64,000 bases of DNA from NCBI GenBank assembly GCA_964016885.1, contig OZ024740.1, positions 263,562,001-263,626,000 on the forward strand, given 5' to 3'. The stretch is from Eledone cirrhosa (lineage: Eukaryota). The position numbers and the translations under genes were made by a program. Below are positions 29,386 through 43,679 of the stretch, one piece after another; within the stretch, counting starts at the first letter, position 1, and each line of letters opens with the position of its first letter. A model generated the notes under the pieces. It had not been told where the DNA came from, made no database searches, and saw nothing but the letters and a program-made list of their open reading frames with translations.

Positions 29386-29902
29386 CTAGCAGTGGTACCC
29401 GGCGTTGCACGGGATACAGTATTGTGAAATATATAACCGCCTTAGCTAAGCTTAGTATTGCCACAACCACGGCTGGCAAAGAAGTAAGGGTCTGGTGGTA
29501 CGTAAGTAAGCAACACGATGGCTTAAAACGTAAGGAAGAAGTTGTGTGCACTTACCAACTGTTTGGGGAACGAGTGTGAGATTTGTCTTGAGCAAGGGTA
29601 GCAGAATAACGCAGACAGCCAGACATACAGACATATATTATAAAGGCGCGACGTTATATGTATGTATCTTTCTAAAAGAGAAACACTAAAAAGAGAAAGC
29701 CAAGGAATTATAAAGAGAGATCGCTAAATCGTTTAATGCGCTCCCTAGGGCATTGAACATTTGAAATTTCTTTTGCTTGAAAATCTCTCTGAAACATAAG
29801 TATTACATGTGTAAAATTTGAAAACAGTTGGTTGGGTTGTTCTCGAGTTTTAGGGATTCAGACTCACACACAGACAGACAGACATCCTCAGTTTTATATA
29901 AA
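29386..29902 (-). mobile_element. Non-autonomous Helitron
   Basis: Minus-strand 3' end CCCGTGCAACGCCGGG hairpin followed by CTAG; 5' end has a (GTCT)n tract. Confidence 0.72.
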
Positions 29903-29913
29903 TATATATGTAT

Positions 29914-29968
<55 letters not shown>

Positions 29969-30261
29969 TGTGATGTATGCATGCGTGTGGTTGTGTTTGT
30001 GTGTATTTGCACGCGCACATGTATACGTATAGAGAGAGATAAGTGAGAAAGTGGGGAGGGGCAACGAGAGTGAATCACAGTGAGAAGTAAATAAAGAAAA
30101 AGTTGAAAAAGTCTAATTAACGAATTAGCCCATTCAATTCAAAGAGATCCTAAGAGAGTGGGAGGGGTGAATGGGAATACAGAGTGAAAGAACATCGGAG
30201 AGAGAGAGAATTGTCTTAATGCAGCATTCTAAGAAGAATACGTAATTGAGGGATCTCTCTC

Positions 30262-30702
<441 letters not shown>

Positions 30703-30980
30703 GGGAGCCAGTGGAGATAATGGGATATAACGACAGACAGAAAGATGTGAGAGACAGTGTGAGGGAAAGAAAATATGAAAAGGATTGGACAAACACATTT
30801 TCCAACTAAAGAAAAAGACAATGATAAAGAATAAGAGACTATTAATAAAGCATATTACATTGTACAATGAAAGATACACAAATATAAATGGCGCTGGAAA
30901 CATTAATTTGATATTGGTAGCGACCCTAAAAGGAGAAAAACCAAATATTGTTGCCTCAGCTGATGTATCATGGCCTAGAT

Positions 30981-31183
30981 CTGGCGCTAAATACATGAGG
31001 CCCGCGGGCCGCATGCGGCCCTTCACAGGCATGACTACGGTCCACACAAAGGATTTGTTTTATCTTTGTAATATAAAATGAAAAAAATAGTTGTAATGTG
31101 CGCAATTAGTTGTCGTGTGTGGCCCTCAGACAACACATATGTGACCCATGTGACCCTCAGGGGACCCGCAGTCTGACATGCCT
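30981..31183. mobile_element. hAT (Charlie-like) MITE
   Basis: GGCCCGCGGGCCGCATGCGGCCC subterminal motif, end ...CATGCCTG, imperfect 8-bp TSD GCCTAGAT/CCCTAGAG. Confidence 0.72.
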
Positions 31184-32932
31184 GCCCTAGAGGATGTGGG
31201 AACATTGCCCCTAGATAAGGCAGAACATACTCACAGTCAATTTCGGACTACACAATATTGAAAATGTGGTCAAAGTGGATGGTCCCTCCAAATATGTATT
31301 TGTGAACCAAATTTATTATATTTTTTTCCTTGCCACAATTTATTTTATATATGTATATACTCACATGTTCATTATTCCATTTTATATAACACGTTTTTTA
31401 TTGTATGTGTAGATGCTTGTGACCAGTAAATTGATGGTGTTGAGGACACAGAGGATGGAGAGCAGTGACAGACAATCACAGAATATGGAAAGAGTGAAAA
31501 GATACAAATGAAAAAAAATTCGCCCAAACTAAATAACCGAAAGACGTTTGGAAATGAGCCATCCCTCGGTATGATCTGAGATCATCATTAAAGCTAGATA
31601 TAAGCAATACATTTCTGGCAATATTATAACAACATGATGCTCCCCAAATATAACGATATCTGTTTTAACAGACGATTTCATATACCAAACCTTGCAAAAT
31701 AAATTGTACTTACAGATCTAACGAACGACATCAAGGAGAAAGCTGAAAACGAATTGTTTATTGAGGAGGGGTAAATAAGACCAGTATTCAAAAATCATAC
31801 AAATGATAATTTATCATCACATGAACTACTGTGTCGAATACAAAAGCAGGGGAAATATTCCACCAACTAGGTTCCTGTATAAGGTGTTGTAAGGCCTGGA
31901 GTTGTGCGCTTTAGGGGGATCTGTTGTGTTGTTTCTAATGTTATTATAGTGTTTTCTATGTTTGTATCACTTTATATGGTTTTGCAGGATATCAGGTGGT
32001 CTCTCTCGCATCGTATTATATGGACTTAATCCTATATATTATAATCTAGCTTAATCAAATTCTTCCATTTACCGTATTTCTACAAATTTCATTTATTGGA
32101 ACACGTGTAAGACAAAAAAAAAAAACGGTTTGAATTCCTATAATTCAGGGGTTTATTGTTTTTCATTTTGTTTTCTTTCCTTTAACTGTCTTTATCTTTT
32201 TTTGTTAATTTTCTTAAGTTTATTTACTAATGTGACGTACCTGTTTATCTCTTCTCCCTCATTTACTGCAATGGCTTACATTTTAAACACGATGTCTTAC
32301 TTTATATTTCTTGTGTTTTTTTCTTCCTTTCTTTTTTTCCCTTTTTTGTATTTATCTTTGTTTCACTCATGTTTCACGTACTGTAAGAGACACCAGACAT
32401 TTTCCCTAAGGTCACACAAATTGTAAATTTTATGTAGCTTACCGGATATAAATTAATGTTTTGTCTTTCGTCTCTTATTCCTTTGGACAGCGTTTGGCTT
32501 ATGTCCCGGATGAAACAGCAATACCATTGATAGAGGTCGAAACTGCTAAAGTCCATCTTAAATGCTGATGAACGTGTTGCTCTGTCGTTTGTACAATTAT
32601 TAAAAAAAAAAAAAGTTTTTCCCTGCCTTGTCCTTTCATTGTTAATTTTCTTAAATTCATATATATTGTTAGAATTAATGTGAAATGTAAAAGAGATGGA
32701 ATAACTGAATTTAATAAAAACAAAGAAGAGAGACAGAGACAAAGAAGAGTTGACAAGGTGACAGAGTATGCGACAAAAGAGCTTTGATAATTAAAGAACC
32801 TATCGGTTACTAATTTAACTGAGGAATCGAATAGCTCCGTCACTGGTAATAAAACTGAAGTGGACCTCAGCTGGTGCGATTTATTTTTATTGACTGCATG
32901 GCCCTCATAGAAAATAGGAATACATTGTAAGA

Positions 32933-32963
<31 letters not shown>

Positions 32964-33098
32964 ACGAAGGAAATGTGGTAAGGAACCAGGTGGACCATAA
33001 CGCACAAAAGTACTCAATACTTAGGGTAGTAGAGTGGGTAATAGGAACGAGTAGGACCCCGACGGCAGAGCTCAAGCCATCGGGGTCCTACTCGTTCC

Positions 33099-33129
<31 letters not shown>

Positions 33130-33134
33130 ATTTT

Positions 33135-33485
33135 TATAGTTTGGGAGCGTCATGTTGCCAATAAAATCACACGCACCTGTTGGATTTCACTTCAATCTAT
33201 TATAAATTTCCGGCTGATTCAATAACCTTTGTTCTGTCTTACACCATCTTGGAGTAGGACTGAAGACGAAGATGATGTCGGACATAGAAGTGACACACAA
33301 AATAAAAACCCAGTTACTGAGGAAGTCACAGAATATGTAACGAAAAGCTTTAACAATACGTAAACAACATTCCGGTTATCGAACCAACCAACCAATCAAC
33401 AGGAAATTTATAATAAATTGAAGTGAAAACCAACAGGTGCGTGTGTTTTTATTGGCAACATGACCCTGCCAAAGTATAACAATAT
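33135..33485. mobile_element. Family A fold-back element, HHR at 33313-33354 (plus)
   Basis: Arms about 33136-33215 and 33398-33478 are reverse complements; GTTA CTGAGGA a GTCACA..TGTAAC GAAA AGC TT TAAC. Confidence 0.78.
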
Positions 33486-33830
33486 CTGTTTCAACACATG
33501 TTTTCAGATAAGAAAACTTGCAAAACAAATATTCAAAAACGAATTATATATATAGAACATATATGTATTGACAAATGCATATATTCTTGGATATGCATTT
33601 TTCAAACACATGCAAGCACATTTCCACAGCCTCTGTATACACAAACACACAACGATATACGTGCCTGTATGTATATTATCAGACGAATGGTGGTAATGAA
33701 ATGAAGTGCCTTTATATATATATATATATATAAGAGATGTCAACATGAATGGACCTATTATTTTTATCTATAGACATGTTTTCCTATTCCATCCCGCCTG
33801 TCCCCTTTATCTATTTTATTTCTCATTCTT

Positions 33831-33866
33831 TCTTCTGATGAAGGACTAGTGCCCGAAACGTTAAGA
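33831..33866 (+). ncRNA. Minimal type I hammerhead ribozyme
   Basis: TCTT CTGATGA AGGACTAGTGCCC GAAA CG TT AAGA, with palindromic AACGTT in place of stem III. Confidence 0.8.
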
Positions 33867-33956
33867 CCCTCTTCCTGCTATATTAAGAGTTAACCTAATA
33901 TATACCTTCCATATACTGTACCGATTGTGTTGTTAATTCTGTTTACCTTTTACTTA

Positions 33957-35295
33957 ACAATCATGTTAATCTTCATTCTTTAACCATTATTACTCCAAGT
34001 ATAACCTGCATAGAAATTACCGCGAACTCGCTGCATAACTATGGAAGCATCTTGTTGAGTAAAAAAAAGACGTACGTTAAAACTATCCACGACGCAGAGT
34101 ACTAACAGCCTCTAACTGGATTACCTATAACGATAACTTCTTATCCCATATATATATATATCGTTATAGGTAATCCAATTAGAGGTTGTGAGTACTCTGC
34201 GTTGTGGATAGTTTTAACGTACGTCCTTTTTTGACTCAACAAGATGCTTCCATAGTTATGCAGCGAGTTCGAGGTAATTTCTAAGCAGGTTATACTTGGA
34301 GTAATAATGGTTAAAGAATGAAGATTAACATGATTGTCTGTATAATAAGGGCTTTATTTAAAGTACTGACAATTGTTTCGTTGATCCTGTGGGTCTAGAG
34401 TTCGCTAATCGCTTGAGGTTGCGTTATTCGATCTCCAATACATTATTCACCTCTGGTCAACACATCAGAGTACGTAGATATGGTAGTAATTTACTCGAGG
34501 CAAGACTTATATAGAAAAATAGCGTATAATTAAAACAATAACATCAATAATAAAATATCGTATAATCTAAACAATAACCTCAATAAAAATAAATGTATGG
34601 TAAATAGGCAGAGAAGTTACAGATGTAAAAAGTAAAAGTAAAATATAAGATAGGGTACATTAAAAAGTAAGAAAAAGGAAGAATGGAAAATATAAAGAGA
34701 TAAACAAATAAATAGGTGAGAGCGTGTAAGTACATAGTAGTAGTTTTTGAGTAAGTGTTCTTATAAGGATTCGTTGGTGGGAAACTAGATTCGAGATGTA
34801 CATAGATGCGTGTAGAGGGTCCGATAAAAGAGACAATAAATTAGAGATTAATTGCTGGATGCATCTATGAAATTTATGGGCTAGGGATGACGAGACATTT
34901 GATAATGTCTTGCTGATTGTTCTATCTTAATGGGGTTGATGCTGTTTCAGGGAGCGAGGGTGAAAAAAATGTTCAGATATTTATCATCCAGTGACCAGTT
35001 GGCTGTTTGATAGCTAATAGCAGTGCGATGGTGTGTATTCTATATGTTAAAATCTAGGTGGTTCAGTACTAATTTCTGGATCGCTGGTTCAATTCATGGT
35101 GGTTTAAAGTTTGTGAATCTAGTAGCTATTTCATGTCTACAGAAAATAGATCTTTTTATTTTGCTGTGAAGCAGCATCCCATCGTACCCTAAAATATGTA
35201 GTAATTGTAAATTACAAAGCCGTGGGGACATACCGTTGCTGTAGGCTTTTGCTACCGATAATTTTGACCAGCTAATCTTATATTCTAGGTTTCAG

Positions 35296-35296
<1 letters not shown>
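33957..35296 (-). mobile_element. PLE 3' remnant: GIY-YIG tail, 3' UTR, HHR, and an inverted duplication of about 180 bp
   Basis: Minus strand 35120-35290 reads YKISWSKLSVAKAYSNG..LCNL..HIL..FCRH; inverted arms 33957-34135 and 34159-34337. Confidence 0.8.
34363..34473 (-). ncRNA. Type I hammerhead with a loop II insertion of about 70 nt
   Basis: Reverse complement: GTACT CTGATGt GTTGA [insert] TCAAC GAA ACAATTGT C AGTAC. A9 is replaced by T. Confidence 0.72.
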
Positions 35297-35365
<69 letters not shown>

Positions 35366-35799
35366 CACTGACGGAGACCATCGCTGATATTAATATCAAT
35401 GTAGTGTTTTATATTGATATTGCCTGGGCATCCACTGCTGAGTTATAAGGGCCGACTTGCGTGGATATCTATGGATTATATGCAACCTTCTACATAACTT
35501 GGTCATTATTTTTCAACCTTGTAGAAATCTTATAACGAAACGATCGTATGGAAAGAAAGAGAGATTTATTTAATTATGTCTCATATAAAATTAAAAAAAC
35601 CCAACTATCCACGAAATACAATATAGTTACCACCCCGAACGTATAATTGCGATTATACTCAGGTATATCCTAATGTTTGTTGAGTGAGATTGGAGTTGGT
35701 CGGAGTATCGCTAAAAGCTTTCTCTGTTAAAGTATTACGTATACATATATATATATAGCTGACAGTGATGTACTAACTAAACAAGGTTGGTGCCACCAT

Positions 35800-36465
35800 G
35801 ACAAAAACGGTGTCGATCAGCCTGATAATGATGATGTGGATGATGATAATGATGCTTGTGAGGAAGATGATTTTGATCACGATGATTATGATAATGATGA
35901 TGACGTTACCACTGATACTGATGAGTATGAAAACTACATTGATTGTGGTGATCTTGTTGATGAATGTGATGGTGGTGGTGGTGGTGGTGGTGATGATGAA
36001 GATGATGATGATGATGATGGTGATAATAAAGATGATGCTAATGATGCAGAAGTCGATAATAATACTGTTGTTGTTGTTGGTGGTGGTGAAGCTGATGATA
36101 AATAAATTGTTGATGAATGTGATGGTGGTGGTGGTGGTGGTGGTGATGATGAAGATGATGATGATGATGATGGTGATAATAAAGATGATGCTAATGATGC
36201 AGAAGTCGATAATAATACTGTTGTTGTTGTTGGTGGTGATGAGGCTGTTGATAAATAAAATGATGATGAACGGTGAGAAACACTGATGTGGTCAATGTGC
36301 ATAGTGATGATGATGATAATGATGATGATAACGATGATGGTGATGATGATGTTGATAACGATGATGAAAATGATGATGATGGTTTTGATGATGGTGGTGA
36401 TGAAACTGATGGTGATGTTCAAGACAGCACTAACTAAGCGGATGGTGATGATGATCATAACTATT
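35800..36465. repeat. (GAT/GGT)n low-complexity tract with an internal tandem duplication of about 150 bp
   Basis: 35954-36105 is repeated at 36107-36258. Confidence 0.9.
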
Positions 36466-36468
36466 ACT

Positions 36469-36850
36469 GCGGTGGATTGGCAGTATCGGTAGAGGGTCGG
36501 ACGCCATGTTTTCCAGCATAGTTACGTCCCTTTACGATCTGAGTTCAAATCCCGCCGCCGAGGTTGACTTTGCCTTTCATCCTTACGGGGTCGATAAAAT
36601 AAAGTACCAGTAATGCACTGGTTAATTGCTGGCCTTGTGCCTAAAGTAGAAACAATTATTATTAATATTGGATTGGCAGTATCGGTAGAGGGTCGGACGC
36701 CATGCTTTCCAGCATAGTTACGTCCCTTTACGATCTGAGTTCAAATCCCGCCGAGGTTGACTTTGCCTTTCATCCTTACGGGGTCGATAAAATAAAGTAC
36801 CAGTAATGCACTGGGTATTGCTGGCCTTGTGCCTAAAGTAGAAACAATTT
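36469..36850 (+). mobile_element. Two tandem, young tRNA-derived SINEs
   Basis: TGGCAGTATCGG A-box, GAGTTCAAATCCC B-box, core GCCTTTCATCCTTACGGGGTCGATAAAATAAAGTACCAG (resembles the Meta-SINE domain, from recall), ATT tail. Confidence 0.92.
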
Positions 36851-37044
36851 AGTAGTAGTAGTAGTCGTCGTTTTTGTTGTTGATGTTGTTCCTCATATAG
36901 TTACAGGCAGTCGTAAAAAAAAAGGGAAATGGTGGCGATGGTTTGGTGTCGTGAAAGTGTTATTTAGAGAAATAATGATAAGAAGAATTGTAGAAATAGT
37001 AGTAGGGGTGGTAGTTGTGGTGTTACTTGTGAAAGTAGGTATAA

Positions 37045-38108
37045 TAATAATTGTTTCTACTTTTGGCACAAGGCCAGCAATTATCCCAGTGTATTACTGG
37101 TACTTTATTTTATCGACCCCGTAAGGATGAAAGGCAAAGTTAATCTCGGCGGGATTTGAACTCAGAATGGCAAGGGCCGTAACTCTATGCGTCAAAGCAT
37201 GGCGTCGAACCCTCTACCGATACTGCCAATCCATAGTTATAATAATTGCTTCTACTTTAGGCACAAGGCCAGCAATTACCCAGTGCATTACTGGTACTTT
37301 ATTTTATCGACCCTGTAAGGATGAAAGGCAAGTCAACCTCGGCGGGATTTGAACTCAGACCATAAAGGGACGTAACTATGCTGGAAATCATGGCGTCCGA
37401 CCCTCTACTGATACTGCCAATCCACCGCCAATAATGAAGATTGGTAGCAATGATGGTGGTGGTAGTAGTAGAGTTGGCAGTGATAATGGTATTAATAGTG
37501 GTAGAGGTAGTAGTATTTGTGATGGTAGTAATGTTGTTGGTGGTAGTAGTAGAGGTGGCAGTGATAGTGATGGTAGTAGTAGAGGTGGCAGTGATAGTGG
37601 TGGTGATAGTAGAGGTAGCGGTATTGGTGGTGTTGGTACTTATGATGGCTGTATGATGCTGGTGGTAGTAAAGTTGACAGTATTAGTGGTGTTAGTAGTA
37701 ATAGACGTGGCGATATTGGTGGTGCTCGTTGTGATGGCAGTATGGCGGTGGTGGTAGCACAGGTGATAATATTGGTGGTGTTAGTAGTTGTGATGGTAAT
37801 AATGATGGTGGTAGTATTAGTAGCGGTGGCATTAATGGTGGTGGTAGTGGTGGCAGTAATGGTGGTATCAGTAGTAGACATGGTAGTAATGATGGTGGTT
37901 GTAGTTGTGACGGTAATAATAATTGTTTCTACTTTTGGCACAAGGCCAGAAATTACGCAGTACATTACTGGGACTTTATTTTTTCGACCCCGTAAGGATG
38001 AAAGGCAAAGTCAACTTCGGCGGCGGGATTTGAACTCAGAATGGCAAGGGCCGTAACTCTATGCGTCAAAGCATAGCGTCCGAACCTCTACCGATACTGC
38101 CAATCCAC
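37045..38108 (-). mobile_element. Three SINE copies (37045-37232, 37243-37430, 37918-38108)
   Basis: Reverse complements of 36469-36850. Confidence 0.92.
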
Positions 38109-38953
38109 AATAATAATGGCGGTTATTAGTAGTGTTGGCAGTATTGGTGGTTTTAGTAGTTATGATGATAGTAATGGTGATAGTAGTAATAGTACAAGTG
38201 ACAGTATTGCTTATGGTAGTAGTAGTGGTTGCAGTATTGGTAGTGTTCATGCAGGTGATAGAGGTGCAATTATGTGTAGGAGTGGTGGCGTGGTAGATAG
38301 CTTGTGGTGGGGAGTTAAAGAGGCAGGAAGGTTAATCTTGAGGTGGGGAGTTAAAGAGTCAGGGACGTTATATTAATAAATCGGTGTTAGTCATTGACGA
38401 AGCCTAATTACTGATATAATTAAGATTAAAGCCAGCTTAGCCATGTCCACCCTTGTTATTCCTGTTTACGTAGAACTCAGCGTCAATGTATATATTCCAG
38501 ACTGAGAGATGCATAAATGCGTTACTGTGGTTGTGGTAAATGGGGAGGGGTAACGTACACACGCAATATATATATATATATATATATATGTGTGTATATA
38601 TATATATATATGTGTATATATATATATATACTATAAAGTATGTCCATAGAATCATTTGATAATATATATACACCATTTCCATATACATACATATTTATAT
38701 ATATATACATATATATATATAACGAAGGAGTTGTGATAAAGAACCAGATGGACCATAACGCGCTAGAGTACGCAATACTTAGGGTAGTAGAGTGGGTGTA
38801 TATATATATATATAGTTGAAATAGAAACAGAAGCTTCACCGTAATATGTTTAACTATCTAATAATGGAGCGTATAAACCCAATGAACGAAGCTTTTATCT
38901 TTATTTCAATTCTAAACTTCGCTTGCTGCTTTCCAAACATACTTTCTTTGAAT

Positions 38954-39015
<62 letters not shown>

Positions 39016-39019
<4 letters not shown>

Positions 39020-39082
39020 TTACAGCAGTCTTGCAACCATGCATAATATATATTGCTCTTTTTAAACATATCCATATATATT

Positions 39083-39114
<32 letters not shown>

Positions 39115-39184
39115 TACATATATATGCATATGTTTAAAAAGAGCAATATATATTATGCATGGTTGCAAGACTGCTGTAACCTAT
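39016..39184. repeat. Near-perfect inverted repeat, arms about 55 bp, around a (TA)n spacer
   Basis: ATAGGTTACAGCAGTCTTGCAACCATGC... versus ...GCATGGTTGCAAGACTGCTGTAACCTAT. Confidence 0.93.
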
Positions 39185-39472
39185 TGACCGGATATGTTGC
39201 AAATACAACAGAAACCCTTACAACTATCCATCACTCAAACTGTCCAAGATTTTAGCCCTTGCCCTTGAGGTCTTCTGGAAGAAATCATATCGGTTTATTT
39301 ATATATATACTTATGCACGTGTATGTGTGTATATAGTATACATAGGCACATACACAGTCAAAAACATATCCTAACACATTACCTCAAGCGCATACGCATA
39401 TATACAACATGTCCAACATATATCACTTGTGTGTGTTTATGTATCTGTATATTTAGCTATATATATATATAT

Positions 39473-39660
39473 ATAGTAACAATAATAAATGTGAAGACTA
39501 AAATCCAAAGAGGGCTCGATAAGGATAAATGTATATCAAATATATAAGAACCCTAGAGCAAATATTTATTAAAATAACAAATTAAAGATTCAGAAGATCC
39601 CGTTAAGGGTTAAATCACCGATTCTTCTGCTTAAACTTTTATCTGGTATTTTAATAAATT
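39473..39660. mobile_element. Family D fold-back mini-element with a decayed HHR (39588-39637)
   Basis: Left part matches 24948-25062; right part is the opposite-strand CAGAAGATCCCGTTAAGGG...TGCTTAAAC. Confidence 0.82.
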
Positions 39661-39676
39661 AATATATATATGTATA

Positions 39677-39764
<88 letters not shown>

Positions 39765-40849
39765 TATATATATAAATAATAGCGTAAGGTCTTCAAAATG
39801 GTTATAATGAAGCATACAGTGTATTGCAAAATACACTATATATACATTCATATATATATATATATATAAAGCCAAATAGACAGATACATAAACATCTATA
39901 TATATGTCTGTGTGTGTGTGTATATTTATGTATATATATATATATATGTATGTATATATATATATATATATACAGGGTAAAAATGCCCTTCGATCACGAG
40001 TGACATTGAGATATGCACCTAGAAAGTTGCGCTCTGAGGCACAACTTCAGATATATATATATGTGTGTGTATGTTATTGTGTATGTATTTATGTGTGTAT
40101 GTATGTATGTATGTATGTGTATATACATATATATATACATACATATATACGTGTGTGTGTGTGTATGTGTTATTGTGTATGTATGTACATATATATATAT
40201 ATATATGTACATATACGCTCGGGGAAATATAAATACTTGGTTTGCTACTCGAACGCGCGTTTAGCCAACCGAGAGCGAGAGTATCCAAGTTCTTGCTAGA
40301 ACTTATTCTAGGAGAAGGAAGACTCAGATGTAAAACATGATGTTGACCTGTTCTTTTTATACACCTGTCACCCGTGTCGGATTGGTCCAGTGCAAGACCT
40401 TTCTACACATAAAAAAACCTTCTAGTACAGGCATCACTTGATCTAAACAACTTTCACATGTGTTGCATTAGCATATCCTTTTCTTTGATATTTTCTGCAG
40501 CATATGCAGAAAGGAATCTAGGGCCTGGAGGGATAACATTGACGTTCGTGTCGCACATGAACAAATATTAGGATGTTAATTGTCAATACTGAGATGCAGC
40601 GATTATATATATACATGAATACTCCCATAACTCCTGAGGGAGTCATCGTGACACCATATTCACATACGGCGTTTCTAGGCCATTTTTGAAAACCTGGTGT
40701 ATCCCATCTCTTTTCCAGATCTAAATAGAGCAGATATTCTCCAGGGAAGATACGGAGTGAGAGAATGGATATGAGAAAGAGATATAGGGGAACAATCGAC
40801 CCTATCATTGTGCATGGCTTTTAGAATGTTAAAACATTTTTTTAGGACA

Positions 40850-42700
40850 TCCACATTTGAAAAAAATCAGCCAAGATCTATTTCAGTTCATGGTATCGAA
40901 AGCCTTGCTGGGATCGACAAATCAATGCTAGAGGATGATGTTCTGATCAATACATTGTTCTCGCAATTGCCTGATGGTGAAAACATGTCATAATGGCTTT
41001 TTCTTCCCGAAAACCTCATTGAAATTCCGACACAACCCTCGAACAAATAAAGGGATTTAGACGTTCCAAAAGTATGTGGGACAGAACCTTGCCAACAACC
41101 GAAAACAGTGAGTTATCTCTGAGATTATCACATTGGTATTTGCCACCAGACTTAAAAAGGCTTACCAAAAGAGCTTGTGGCACATCCCTCTTCTTCCAAT
41201 AATGAGCTACTACTATTTGCAAAACATGCATAATTTTCTCACCACCATACTTCAGAACTTCCGCATTTATACCAACCATTCCAGGAGATTTTTCTAGCGT
41301 TCACCTTTTTTACAGGCAACTCAGTGTAATTCCTAGATGGTTCTAATGCCATATCATCACTCACTGGGAGATTTTCAAGATACTCAATGACAGACAACTC
41401 TACATTAGAAAGTCTTTTGATCGACTCAGAGACGTGTTTCACCCATCGATTTTGAATGGTTACAACATTGGTCACGAGCGTTTGACCGTCAGCAGATATG
41501 AGAACAGTGTTTGAAATCTCAGTGATCGGCTGCTTCCTGCAACTGCTGGACTTTTTCATGCCACCGTTGCTCCTTAGAGCTCCTCAGAACATTAAGACCC
41601 CTGACTCTTTAGTTCCTTATAGAATGGATTGAAATTTAGCTTGATTGATTGTGAGATGAGCTTTTGATGCAAGCCTGCTTCTTGTGTAGGTGACGTATAG
41701 CAGGATTGTTATCTGTGAACCAAGATTGTTATCTTCTTGATGTAAAACCCAGTGACTCGCATGTTGCTTTACACAGGTTTGTTTTAAAGGTACATTGAGA
41801 TTTAGTGTTATGTTTTCCAATACACTAAGAAAGTTCTGGAGAATACTAGAAAACTTCTCTAACTGTTGGTGCTATATGCAGATTGAGCTTGGCTCTGCCG
41901 TACGGTGACAAGTCCAGCATTATACTCCTCTCATGACACGCACACTACATACATCTCTTATATTCCGTTTTATACTTATCTTTCTGCTGAAAAAGTGTGT
42001 TAACTATCATGAGTTGATGTTCAGTAAAAAAAAGGTGAGGAGTTAAATACCATTTCTATTGTAGTTTCATAAGCCATTTGTGCCCAAACAGGCCACGTCA
42101 CAAAATTAGATCCCACCCTTGAATTGAAATCACCAATAATTACAAGTTTGTCAGGATGAGGAATGTTTCTCACCACATGTCGAAGCTCGTGGTAGAACCG
42201 ATCAACTGATTCTTCAGTATGTGACATGGTGGGAACATAAACACTTTTATCTGTAAGATAACGCGCATTTTTCAGATGAAGACGGCAATTCATGATATGA
42301 TCTGATAAACCACTTGGTAGTTTTTGAAAGATGAAATGAGAGAGTTCTTGACTGCCAAGCAAATCCCTGATTCCCTCCTTTGCCCTTCTGCGAATCCTTT
42401 CCAAAAGAAAGTATTGCCTAATTCATTTTCATTCAGCTGGCCATCACCATGCAGACGAATTTCTGAGAGATCCATTATTTCTGAGAGATCCATTATATCT
42501 GAGAGATCCATTATATCCATATAAGTGAATATCTTTTCAACTCATAACAAATTAGTTTGGTCCATCTATCGGTAGTTGTCTAAAGTTGTCACCTATTAAA
42601 GTTCGAACATTCCAACATACTAATTTCATGGGATGTATTTTGTTTTACCTTTAATTGACCACAGTAGTATGAGGACGACTGGACCCAGCCTGTAGCGCAC
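40850..42700 (-). mobile_element. Decayed RTE-clade LINE (APE endonuclease plus N-terminal RT)
   Basis: WNVRTL, LSEIRL..GQL..TFFWKG, YVPT, IIGDFNSRVG, GINAEVLKYGG, SLFKSGG..CDNLR..SL..VVGKVL..ILLERL. Confidence 0.9.
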
Positions 42701-43679
42701 TGGGGATCCTGCCGAACCAGAACTGTTGACAAGTCTTTCCTAAGTCATGATTGCCATTTATTGGTTCTATTTGAGACATTTCATGAATTAATTATGCATT
42801 TTAAGTTTTCTGCAATCCATAATACCTGTTGTTATCTTATATCTGTGCTGTTGTACAAAATGTATCTGAGCTGAGGAATATTTTTGAGTGGACATAGCTT
42901 GCACAGTGGTATCCCCTCTTCTTGACAACAGAATGTTGCACTGCTGTGAGACATAAATTGACAAGACCAATACTTCTTACTTCCCAGGCTTTGTTTTCAG
43001 AGTTGACTTTAGAAAAATAATACATACATACACAGACATACATACGTATGTATACACACATAAATATGTTAAAAGGTAAGAAAAAGATTAAATATTTAAA
43101 AAAAAAGATTAATTTGTATTAAAAAAACATATACACATAATATATATATAAAATTATAAAAATATATATACATATGTACATGTGTTATTCATGTTATTGA
43201 CTCTACTGAGTTCCTCTATCGGATATTGTTTTTCATTCCGCAAGGCGTCCAAATCAGCCTCATCATTAAGAAATCTTGGTGGGGTTGTCAGTTTCGTCAC
43301 CAACGACCCTACCTATGCAACAGGGTATGGTTTTCGAGGGTCAGTATGGTTCTGATTCACCTGCTCCATCTTATTATGGAGGTAGATGTTGCCCATGAAG
43401 TAATAGTTGGCGGTCACTTTTCTCTGCTTTGATGAGATATAAACTACTAAGTTCGTGCCTGTCTACATATTCATTTTCTGATGTGAGTCCCAGTTCACCG
43501 GTGTCACACTCTCAAAATTCCAGGTCGTTTGTGCTGAACACCTCTATATATTTCTCCACAGGAAAATTAACGTAAATGCATGAGCATATAATTATATGAA
43601 AGAACTGAAGTAGATGTAGAAGAAATATCTCTTCTCAAATTAAAACTGTAATTGCCACCAAGTTACCACACAGAAATAT

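Noticed and set aside
35798-36492. Acidic or Met-rich protein exon
   Set aside because: Trinucleotide low complexity with stops in the acidic frame and no splice support.
36469-38108. tRNA genes or a CRISPR-like repeat array
   Set aside because: A/B boxes belong to SINE heads with no cloverleaf; repeats are about 190 bp and irregularly spaced.
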